In this document: in pieces, positions 25,101 through 37,100 of the stretch
Layout: every line of letters starts with the position of its first letter
Numbering within the stretch: position 1 is the first letter of the stretch
Assembly (NCBI RefSeq): GCF_036321535.1
Contig: NC_087437.1
Location: 64,110,001 to 64,174,000 of the forward strand
Length of the DNA stretch: 64,000 bases
Direction of reading: 5' to 3'
Source of the DNA: Camelus dromedarius
Taxonomy: Eukaryota
Program-made: the position numbers and the translations under genes
Notes under the pieces: generated by a model
What the model was told of the DNA's origin: nothing
Seen by the model: the letters and a program-made list of their open reading frames with translations, nothing else
Databases searched by the model: none

Positions 25101-28100
25101 AGCTGTTGAAGACAAACATACACTTCTCCCCTCTAACCCCCAGCTTCTTCTTGGAACACCCTGAACAATCTGACCCAGATGAAAACTAACAAGAGCAAAG
25201 TGCAATCTCACATTTAAATTCTATTCTAGAAAGAGCCTTCATTTACCTGATGCTTACCACAGACTTGGAAAGAAGGCAGAATATGTATTATTGTCCCATT
25301 TTACTGATGAGGAAACAGACGCAGGGTAACTGACCTGTCCAAGGTCCTGAAGCTAGTAAGTAGTGGAGCTGAGCCCTCAACTTGGGCCTGGGCCATAAGC
25401 TGCACACACCTCTAAAGATACCTAACACTGGAGCACTTCCCTCCCCCACGATGCCCCCTGTCTCCCCACCCCAGGCCCTGGCATCCCCCTTCCTGTCTCC
25501 AACCCTTTGCTGAGGGTAGGAAGCAAAGATGCACTCCCTTGCAGACAGCAGCACAGAGCACTCAAGGGAGCCCTTCTGCCCATCCCAGGGCGTCTCATAA
25601 ACACAGACCGAGCGCAGTCAGGATGACAGAGCTGTCATCACAGGGCCCCAGAGTTAGCATGGTGAGTTCCCCTAATGATTTACAGGACATGTCCAGAAGT
25701 CTCGGAGCAGGAGCAGCTGAGCAGGAGGGCAGAACTAGCTCGTGTCCTTGGAGATCTCCTTGCGTAATGGTGATCCATGAATTGCACCTGGGGCAGCCTA
25801 AGGGGACCAAAACCCCTTGTTCTGTCCCTTCAGCTATTCTGGGAAGATTTAGCTGCATCCTGCCTCTGATTTCAAACTCAGACCCAGATATTCCTGCTTC
25901 CAACATCATCCATTATAGCTCCATAATCCACCTACTCAGCTAAACTTTTAAAAGCTATTTAATATTTCAGTTTATACACTCTCTTAGAGCCGTAAGTTGA
26001 ATAGCAATTATGCGAAGAGTCGATCTTTTTGGCTTAAGGTTACCTCTTTTAAGCTGGAAGGTGCCCCCCGCCCAGGTTTTCATTTTAGAACATCAAAAGT
26101 CACAGGATTATTTCTCCCACTGGCACTTTTATTGATTCCAGACATCATGTCTCCAAACCAGTCCCAAATTCTAATCCTCTTAGTCTGTCTTCTCACACTG
26201 ACCCCGGCCCCATTTAGTCCTGCGTGTCCAGGGAGCAGAGCAAGACTGCCACCTCCACCCTCGTCAGCCAGAGGAACACGGACGCCCACACCACAGGGAG
26301 CTGCCCGCAAGGAAACGGACTTTGAAGACCTGATACTCTGAGGTCTTTGCCCTAAATTTGAACTCAACCTCCTTGGTGAAGCTTTTATCAACCTTTCCTG
26401 GTGGAATTAAGTGACTCCCCATCTATACATACAGTATTTTTCACCTGGATTGTAATCACCTAGGTGTCTGGCCTCCTCCTCGTACCCTGAGCTACTCGAG
26501 GACACTGTCCCTGTTATCCATGTGTCATCTCAAAGCATAGAATAAGTGCTCAGGAACGTTTGCTGAATGGACCTAGGTAGACGTAGCAACTGAACAAAGC
26601 TCTTCTGCCCACTTCTGCCACCTACAAGCCTGGCGAGAACTCTCCTGTGAGAGCTCTCCATGGGCTTGGCAGAACTGACGCCATCTTTAGGGATGGAGAT
26701 TCCAAAGCTCTCCGGCCCCTCTAACAGGCTCTGGTGCTTTCAGTCACACAGAGCCCTCCTGGTAAAACATGGGAGACAGAGATGCACCTGCGAGACAAGA
26801 ACTCCCCCAAACGAACTATGAACTCGAGGTAACCAACGGCTACAATCTCATCAGCAGCCTAGTGAGCTGTCTGTTCCATTAAGTTGGTGTTTGAATCAAA
26901 TGGGAAGTGTGAGGCCAGACAGGTGCATATGCACACACACATACCCACTACAGCAAAACACTGCTTGGCTAAGACTGTCCTTGGTGTCATTCAGTGCTTG
27001 TCAAAATACAAATTTCCTTCCATTGTCTCCAATCAGGGCAGGACAAATTGAGGGTATCAACTTATAAATCAATGGTGTCCCAGAAGTTCATCTGCAAAAC
27101 AGCCATTGAAAACTCGGACTGAAAAGGAGAAGACCACACTGGAGTGGAGCCCATAAAAGCTCACTGAACCCCCAGGGTAGCAACAGGCCTTGTGCCTCAG
27201 GCAAGGACAGCACCATTAAAGGTTAAAAGACCTCTATGGGCCATGCAGGAAAAGAACTGCCTCTCTTCCCAGCACGGCCCCACCTCTCGCCCATACCAAC
27301 CAGACTGCAGTACTGTCTCTGCTCCTCTCCCCTCCTCTTCCCAAACCCACACTCCTGATAAACCCCAATCCAGGTGAGAAGGGGCTGGACCTGGCGGCTC
27401 TGCAAACCCCTCCTGTCCTCAGTCAGAAGGACATGTAATGTGGTAACCACCAAGTGCCGTACAGCGCCTTGCGCACGGCCAGTGCTCAACAAACGTGCAA
27501 AGGACAGACCTACTCTTCCCGATCTTTTCCCCACGTTTGTGTGTGTCTTTTCTCTGTTTTGCCAGTCTACGCCCAACTGGGAGCTAATTACATGACAAGA
27601 GGCATGTGTATCTAAATCCCAGCAGCAAAAGCACTGAACACAGAGAGATGTGGCAATTATTCCTAATGACTGAAAGGAAAGGGAAGCTGAGCACACCCTG
27701 GACTCAAAACCCCCAAACTCAAAAGGATGGCTCAGAGGAATCCCAACAAGAGCCCCCTTTGCCATGCTCAGCAGCGGCCCTTCCTCCTGTGTGCCGGCGC
27801 TGGATTATGCCACCTCCACACTGATGAGGAAGTCTCTGGGAGGGGGAGGTCAGGCCAGAGAGGAAGAAGCTCACAGCACTGTCACTGGGATATGGGGGAA
27901 GTGGGGACACAGGCCAGACAAGAGATCTGGAAGGTCTCAGCCACCTGTCCAGGAATGACACCTCTAACAGAGCCAAGTGGGAAGCTGAGGTAGCAGACAG
28001 GTCAGAAGCTGACCCCCCAAGGCTGCCCCCCGGGCGGTGGAGAGCTCTGTGAAAGGCCTGGGCTGCAGGTAAAGCCCACACTTCTTGCTGCAGACCCCCC

Positions 28101-31100
28101 ATGAACAAGCCCACTGGGTGACCGAGAAAATGATCTTGCCTCTGGGCATCAAGGATCTCTCTGTCACCCACTGGTAAGACGAAATCAAGTGGCACACAGC
28201 AACTGAGTAAAAAGTAAAAGCACTGCCGAAGAGAGAAGAGGAGGGGGAGCTGGAAAGACAGGAGGGAAAGTCATGCCTGCCCCTCCTCCGTTTCACAGCA
28301 GCCCTGCAGCACCTTGGGGTGTGGCGTTCTTCTGCAGCCATTTCTCCATCGCGCCCCCTCTCTAGGTATCAGGGACAATTCCTACCCCGCCACCAGAGAC
28401 CCCTGAGACACACCCCTCCACCCTCTAGCCATTGTGCCCCATGTGCCCAGGACATACCCACAGTCTACCCAGCAGATGGTGCCTTGTCCTTTCACGGCCT
28501 GGGCCACAGTAGACAGTAATTTGAGATGACTTTCAGCGGCAGCCTCTGTAAAAATGCAAAAAAATTAAGCATCTGTACCCAAACACACCAGGGATACCCC
28601 TGCCATCTTCCCTCAGGGGCAAGGAAGGATGGAGACCAGTCCCAGGGATGAGGTCTTGAGCACCGGTCAGAACGTCGTCCCTGGGAGCAACAGCTCTGTG
28701 AGGACAGCCCAGCTCTTCTCAGAAGCCCCTGCTCCCGCCACCCTCACAGACACAGAACCCCCTCACCCCTCCTTCAAGCCACACTGCACTATTCCAACAA
28801 TCTCTCAGCCAGAGCCTCAACTCCCAGTAGAATCTCCGACTCATTACCTTTTTGGGACACATTTTGAAAATTCTATAACCGAGCAATTACGATTCTGTAA
28901 CTAAAGCAGGGAACGAGTTTGCTGATTCCACACTCGTCTGTCCTGGGAGCAGACAAGGCGGGGACCAGACCCTGCCTTCATTTGTGCATCACACACTCTC
29001 CCAGGGGCTTGGTGCAATGTGAGTAAATGAGGTTTACAGGTGACACTCGTCTCCGATGGACTGATGCTAAGTGTACCCAAGTCACTTTCACAGCCCACTT
29101 CCCCAGAAGCGACAGGGGAAGAGGCAGCCCTGACTGGAGATCAACTGCAGGACAGTGGACTACGCCTCAGGGCCAGGGGGACCAGACATAAGGAAGGAAG
29201 AGGTGTTGGGGCAGAGCCCTGGAAAACTACCGTAGGAGGACAGGCTCTTACGGAGCCTCTGCGGCCAGGATTTCCACACTGCCAGCCGGCAGTGGTCCAC
29301 TGCAGGCGAGCTGTGGCTAGGCTGTCACCTTCCCCCGTCACCCCTGTGAGCTCCCTGGAAAGGGCCTCCACGCAGACACTGTGGGGAGAAGAGGCGGATG
29401 CCTTTCCCTGCTGGAAACCACATGGATGCATCTCAAAGCCAAGCAGGAATGACATCTGAATGACTTGCCTCCTCAGATCTCCTTTTCTAGTGTGGATAAT
29501 GGTAGTTGTGTGTGAACACAAAGCATGCTGAGCCTTTCATGGAGCGAATGGAAAGCATCCTTCAAACTTGCACAGAGCCACCTGAAGAATGCCCTCCCAG
29601 GAAGCCCCCCCAGACCAACAGGAGGAGGGGGCGCAGCCAGGTAGGAAAGGCCATCCTCCACCCTTCAGACTGGGCTCTGGGAGGTGGGGGAGGGAAACTA
29701 GAGTAGAGCCATGTGAAGCCCCCTCCCCAACCCTGCATTTCAGCTGTGGGTGAGGAGGCACTGCTTGGAAGGAGGGAGGCAGGGAGGGGAGAGAATACAG
29801 TTACTGCGCTGCTCCCAAAGCCACTGGAGGTCGCCAGGCGCAGGAGCAGGCCTGGGCAAGAGGCAGGAAAGTAAAATCATCACCCAAGCCCGCACCCAGT
29901 GGTCCGAAGCAGGGAGGAGCTAGGTACTCCAGGAGCACTAGGAGCTCCACTATCCACAGGCAGAGAAGAGAGAGCTCCCAGCCCCGCTCCCACCCTGCAA
30001 GCCCCCATAAGGATACTTCGCCTTCCCCGCTCTACTTTCCCCAATCCTCTGGTCATCACAGAATTAGCACACTTCTTCGGGCCGTCCAGCAGAGGAAGCC
30101 AGGCAGACGTGGCAGAGGGACCAGCTCTACCATCCACTGGCTGGTAAACCACAGACCAGTTACGCTCCCTTTGCTTCAACGTCCTCCTCTGTAAACTGGA
30201 CGTTACCTGACAGCCTGCACTGCCACCCTCATGGGAAAGTGGCAAATAGGAGTGTATTACAGCAGCTCCTGGCAGAGTCCTTCTGAGAAGATGAGCATGT
30301 ATGAGGGACCCGTCCAGAGAAGGAAGTGAGTGTGTTCCTGGTGGGAATGACAACTGCCCAGCTCCAGGAGCATCCAAGGGGGCTGAGCCATGCTCATTCG
30401 GGGCCTTAGACTCCCAGCTTCAGGAGCAACTCTGCTTCTCCCCTGCCTCAGTTCCGCCCATTCCCAACAGCAGAGGAATGCTAGTCACACGCTGGGCTCC
30501 CAAAAACAACCCCAGGGGGTGTGCACCAGGCCCTCAGAAGGGCAAAGAGTAGCGTGTGCCCGGGTGACTGGAGGATGCAGGCTTCAGGAGGTACACACGT
30601 CCAGAACATCCATCAGCCCCTGGTGCTGGTGAGTGCCAAGGATTAGCTGCCAGGGAGAGCTGTGCCCGGAACCGGCCCAGCCACTGGCTACTGCTTCTTA
30701 GGGCGCAGAACACTTGGCATCCTTGAGAGCAGCAAAAACACTTAACTCTGCTGAAACAGCATCAACAGTTAGATGTTCAAAGTTGTGGCCAAGAGCTGAG
30801 TAAACCTCTCTCCATCTATGATGCCCTCGCCAGCCTCGAGGTCAGAAGAGGCAAACGGCTACTCCCACCCCGACTGAAGCTGCCTTGTCCGAGTATGGAA
30901 CCCACTCCAAACTCAGTCTTGTATTCTGACCCCAGAGTGGGACAGATGGGGGCCAGGCAGGGCTAGGGTTGCCAGCCTGGGTGTGTACTTCCAAGCCTGG
31001 GACCAATTCAGCTGGCAATAGGCCAGCCCAGTCAATTAATCAACAGCTCTGGTGAAGCATGCCCTGGCAGGGCTGGTCGTGCCTGTCCAGAAGCAGAGCA

Positions 31101-34100
31101 TCCATCCCTGGTGGTCACTGTCCCCTATCCTTCTTCACACACATGTCCTCTCCCTCTTGAGGTTCCAAGGGACTCCAGAGGGCTTTTCCTAAGAAATTTT
31201 GGTAAAAGGGAACTGAAATGACCTCTTAGGGTCCAAAAGCAACAGAATTAATGCCCCTCCATGCCTCTGCCTCTGTATTCTAAGGAAAGCTGAGAAGCCA
31301 TGTGTCCCTCGGACCCTCCCTGAGTGGTTTCTAGTCCTGAGGTCTCCACCTTCCACCTCTGCCCCGATTCCTTCCCCTTCATCCACCACATCCCCGACAA
31401 TCGCCCCAAGGCCAGGAGGACCACTTACCAGATTTGGAGTAAAGCACCAGTACGTTATTCCGGGTCCTGAGAAGTTTTTTCAAGTCCTTGGCGTCAGAGA
31501 TTCTCTCGATGAGCGAGGAGAACTGTATGGAGGACAGCAGCGTCGGCAGGACCACCTGGGGATCAAGGAGCCAAGGCCTGTGAGTCCCAGGTCCTGGCCG
31601 GGCTGAGGAAGAAGGGGAGCCCCAGATGTGCTGCCTCCAGGCACAGTTTACTTGGGAGGGATATGGGCACCCCCACCCTTCTCACAGCCCTACACCTGCC
31701 TTTTACCTAGTCCCCTCTCCAAATCACCCTGCCCCCCGGAGCTCCTCCTGGCCCAGTTCCGCTCACCCTTCTTCTTCATGCACTTTTTGTTTTGTTTTGT
31801 TTTGTTTTTCCTTTTTTTTTTTTTTTTTTAAGTGGAGGTACTGAGGGATTGAACCCAGGACCTCTTGCATTGTAAGCATGTGCTCTACCACTAAGCTATT
31901 ACCCTCCCCACTCTCTTCATGGACATTTATGAGGTCAGATGGACTGCACAGGTACACAAGCCTGTTGCACAGATGTACTAGCCACCCTTTTAATCAAGAC
32001 CTCTCTGGGAGGTCACTCTCTGTAACCCTACATTGCACCCAAATGCCACACACTGGAGTAATTGTGAAAACTCCATCCCACCCAGGAGTGCCAAAGCCCC
32101 AAATCCACAGAGAAGTACCTCTTAATGTGGTCCCATTTAGGATGGGAATGGATGGTGAGAGGTCTTCCACTTTTTCTGCTTTCCCCACTCAGCCAATGAA
32201 CTCAGGAGAGCAGCCAACAAGAAACAAGACAATTCTCCCACAGTAAACCCTAAAACCTTGGGCCCTGGAGGGTCTAGGCACCTCTGCAGGCAACATGAGG
32301 GGTGGGCTGAAAGCAGGAGCGAGGGGCATGGGGTTAAATGTCTGAACAAGAGCTGCCACCCAGCAGATCCCCTCACCCAGCCCACAGCTAGCCTACAGCC
32401 TTCTGCCTCACAGTTACTACCTTAAGAGACTGAATAAGAAAAGCTCTGCTGGGAGACATCGGCAGAGGTGGGAGGGCATAGGAACAAACTGAACCTTGAG
32501 ATCACTTTGAGATCACCCATCCCCCCTCTAAGCCCTGGACCTCAGCATCCCTCTTCCCTGTTCCAGAATTTTACCAGTCTTATTTCCCCAAGCAGGATTT
32601 TTCTCTAGGTTAACTGAAGAGCACAAGAAAAACAACCTAAAGACAGGGATTTGGAGAATCCTCCAATGCAATGGCATGGTTTCCACTCAAACACCCACTG
32701 TCAGGCCCTCCCAGGGAACAAGTGCCCTCCATCCCCTGCCCACACCCACAGAGTCTGACCCACATGATATGCCACGCTCTTCAATGCAGACAGATAGCAA
32801 AGGTTCACCAGATATCTGAGGGAAGCCCTCAACACAAAAGACAGAGGTGAAAACAAACTAATGGAAACATGAAACTGAAAAGAAAAAAAAAAAAAGGACA
32901 GAAGAAAACAACGAAACTATAATTACTATTCTCAGAGAAATAAATCGGTACATCCATAAAACAGGAATAGAACACTACGAGAAAGGAATAGACAAAGAGA
33001 ATGAGGAAAATCTCTTAGAAAGTAAAACACTCAAAGGAATAAAAAATTTCAATAGGGTTGAAAGTAGAATCGAAAAAAACTCCTACAAAAAATCAATCAA
33101 AATGTAGAATAGATAAACAAGATTGTACTGTGTAGCACAGGGAAATATATTCAGGATCTTGTGGTGGCTCACAGAGAAAGAGAATGTGACAATGAATGTA
33201 TGTATGTTCATGTATAACTGAAAAATTGTGCTCTACACTGGAATTTGACACAACATTGTAAAATGACTATAACTCAATTAAAAAAATGTTTAAAAAAAAT
33301 ACATGGATCCAAGGGAAAAAAAAAAGAAATAAAAAACAGGATAAAAAGAAGAAAGTGCATCCATTTAGCACACGAGCAAAATTAAAGGAACTACAGAAAA
33401 CGAAGGCAACAGAGGAAAAGAAATTATCAAGGAAATAATTCAGGACAATATCCCAGAACTGAAGGGATGTGAGTTTCCAGGTGAGAAGGCCCAGCAGCAT
33501 GAATATAAAAACACTCTCGCCAAAGTACAGAACTGAAAATTTTCAGCTCACTGCTGGCAAAGAGGAGATTCTGAACATTTCAAAGAAAAAAGAAACCACA
33601 TACAAAAGATCAGAGTCAGAATTGGCACAAGACTGCTCATCACACCAGAAAGACAGTGATGCACTGCCTCCGCAACACTCAAACAATGTGATTTCCAACC
33701 AGAACTCAATAACCAAACTACCTGTCAATTGTGAGTAGAGATTTACTCAAACAGACTTATGATCTCAGATGTGAACAGTAAGCTACTGGAACTTGTGTCC
33801 TACTAAAACATTTAAAAAGAGACAGAGGGAGAGAAAGGCATGGAGCCTAGGAAACAAAGGACCCAACATAGGAGAGAAGCAAGAAGTACCATGTTGACAG
33901 TGAAGAGAAAGTCCCAGAACAGCTGTCCCGCACCCTACACAGCAACCAGCCCAGAACGGGGCAAGGACAGTGGGCTATGGAGGAATGTGGGCAATAAAAA
34001 GTGGCAAAACAGACCATAGATGATCTGATATGCTTGTTCATATTGATCAGTTAAATAATCTGACCAAAGTCACCCAGCTAATAAGAAGCAGAACCAGATC

Positions 34101-37100
34101 TGAAACCAGATCTGGCCACTTCCTCTTTGTAGCCAGGGTGTTGCATTGAGTCTGAGCTCCACCACTCAATAGTTAAGATGCTCCGACATCACTCAGCCTC
34201 CTGGAGGCTTAGTGCTTCCCATCTGACATGGAGATAATGCTACCTCCCTTGTGGGATGGCTGTGAGGATGAAATGGGGTAACTTATCGAACACGCTTTAT
34301 AAATCATAAAGCATTCTAACAGTATCTGTAATACATAATATACATTTCCATCTCAGCAGAAGAGAAATGTAGCCATATTCTAGTGTTTCTAAATATAATC
34401 TGCCATTGGAATTCAACGGTTCCCTCTCCCCAGGGTAAAGCCATCGGGGGAAGGGTGGAGGGATGATTTCTCCCTCATTCTGGCCCCGCACGGCTGTGCA
34501 CGATGCCCGAGGACCCCCTGCTCCCACGCAGCCCATCTTGAGAGCTCACCAAAAGGTTCCTTCCACCTTATTACTACATGTTATTCCACTGCTCCCGGGG
34601 AGTTAATGGACTTTAGACTAAAAGCTCCAAAGCCCAATGCACATGGGTAAAGGTAAAAAAGAAAACAATCTATTGGAAAAACGTGTTGACACTGCTGTTT
34701 TTAATCCTCAAATAATCTGGCCAGTTAAGAAAAACAATTGCCTTTACCCGGTGCCTCTGGACTCCAACCCACAGAGCAGCCCTCCGGAGACCGGCACCTA
34801 CGCTTATGGACTGGGGAGAAGGGCAGGGGAAGGGCGGGCAGGCGGGCCCAGTGCCCACCTGCCGGGCAGCACAGCAGCCTGCAGCTGGGCCAAGCGACAG
34901 CAAAGTGCCTACAGCAGAAACCACAAGAGCACCGAGTCTCAGGGCTTATCCACAGCTTCCTTCCTAGAAAGCCCAGAGAATCCCTCAGGTCATCCAACCA
35001 AAGGCCACCCTCAGAGTAAACAAACCACATTCCAACCAGCCACCAAAGCCACTGACCCAGTGTTTACCCTCACACAACAGAGAACCTCAGCTCTACCAGA
35101 AACACACTGACACTGGGGCTTAAACTGGGCACTGCCTGTGGCCGGCCTGGTTAAGAACCCTTTGTAGAGGGTCCACTTCCTTATCTCACTCCATCCCTAT
35201 CTCACACCCCCTAGACTAGGAGCACCTGGCCCCCTGCAACCCCATAGGAAATGTTTGTCCAGCATAATAAGCAGGACAAGCACACTGGTTACCACACTCC
35301 TGACCTTTGCAGGGGTCTCCTGCTGCGAGCATGTTACAAGGCAGAGTCCATGCAACTCTTGGGAGACCCAGAAGGGACTACAGAAACCAGACAGACCAAG
35401 GAACAGTCAGGGAGGGTCTGGGCTGGAACATGATGGGAAAGGGCAGGTGGGGACAGGCGCTGGGGATCTTGAAAACCTGGCTCAAGACTTGAGCCCCATC
35501 TGGTTGTGACCTCAGACTGGGCAGCCTCCAGGGAGGCTGGAGGTAGAGAGACCCCACTGGGTGGCTGCCCAAAGGAGAGAAATGCGTCAGTCCTCGAGGG
35601 AAAAGCAACAGAACTCAACAGCTATTCATATGTAAGCAAGGAAGGAAGAGAGAAGAGGTTAAAATGACCCGGAGGATTCCAGGCTCAGGGAACAGAACAA
35701 GAGCCAAAAACGGAAGTACTGGGAAGCAGCAGCTGCAGAAGAGGCTTTTGTCTTACATTGAGGAAGGTGCCAATAAGCTCAGGCGTGGGCATGTGGACAT
35801 GACGATGCCCCAGTGCAGGCATCCTCCAGGCTGGGAGTGAGCCTTGAGGTCAATGAAGTCTCGGAGGTCGGGGTTCAAGGAGAGAAGACAAGGGAACTGC
35901 TCAGCTGAGGAGGAGGAAGGACCAGGAGGAAGGTCGGGAAGATGGTGGGAGGTGCCACATCAACAGGGAGCAGGGAGGAGACACACAGAAAATCGGGTGA
36001 CGGAGCTGCAGGGAAAGGGCAGCACCAAGTCTCCTAGGAGAGCATTCTGGTGGGGGTGCAGGGACAGGGGTGGAAGCCAGGCTGCAGAGAGAAGCCCACT
36101 CAGTGCAGGAGGAGCACAGAAAGATGAGCTGTCTCCACTGAAGACGGAGAGCTGTGTGGATGTTTGTGGGCACAGGAGGGGCAGGATTTGCCAGGAGAGG
36201 ATTTGAAAATTTGGGAGCAAGAGGCAAATAGTCGGGATAGGCAGATCCAGGGGAACCAAGGGGTTCAGCGCACAAAGAGCTAAGATGCTCGGTTTAGCAT
36301 CTCTGAGAGGAGGGAAGGAAAGGCCCCGGTGTCTTGCCCCAGACAGACCCACACCTTAGCAAGCAACCACAGGGGCAGCCGGGAGGGGGGCCATTTCCTC
36401 CCTCCCCTAAACCCAGGGGACTCTCCTCTAGCCACTTAACATTCTTTTCTCCTTCCCATCAGTCTATTTCAACCTTTCAAGTGTGCATACTCCTTCCTTT
36501 CCTTAAGATACAGCTCCAGTGAGCCTTGGGTAGCTTGCCAAGCAGACTCCATAAGTCACAACCCACAAACCCTGATGACAATAACTAAGGCAACAATAAC
36601 AACGTTAATGATGCACAAATTCTCTGCTGTGTCAAGCCCGCAGCAGGGAGAGGGCAGTGTTTGAGAAGGAAGCCAGGCACCTTCTGTGCCAGCTGTGGAA
36701 CTGGGTTTAGCAGGATCTTTACATTCTAAGTCTTTTCGCTTTGGAGATAGAGGAGAGAAAAAAATCCCCTTTGTTCACCATGCAAACTCCTTCTGACTTC
36801 CCCCACAATAACTGCTTTCTTTTACCAACCCCCAGCCTTAAAAGTATTTACATCAGGGCTGAGCAGCCCCCGTGGGCTGGGATGAGACCCATAAAACCCT
36901 CCCCGGGTGCAGAGTAGAACACTGCTGGGAAGGACGGATCCCTCCTCCTCCTGCTGGGAAACACAGGTCCGCAACGCCAGGTCCTGCCTGCATCAGCCAG
37001 CCAGTGTCCTCCATCAGAGTACCAGTCCTCCCAGCCCCCAACCCCTGCCACAGTACAACCCCTGCCACAGTACAACACCTGCCTCAGAGTACCAGGCCCC

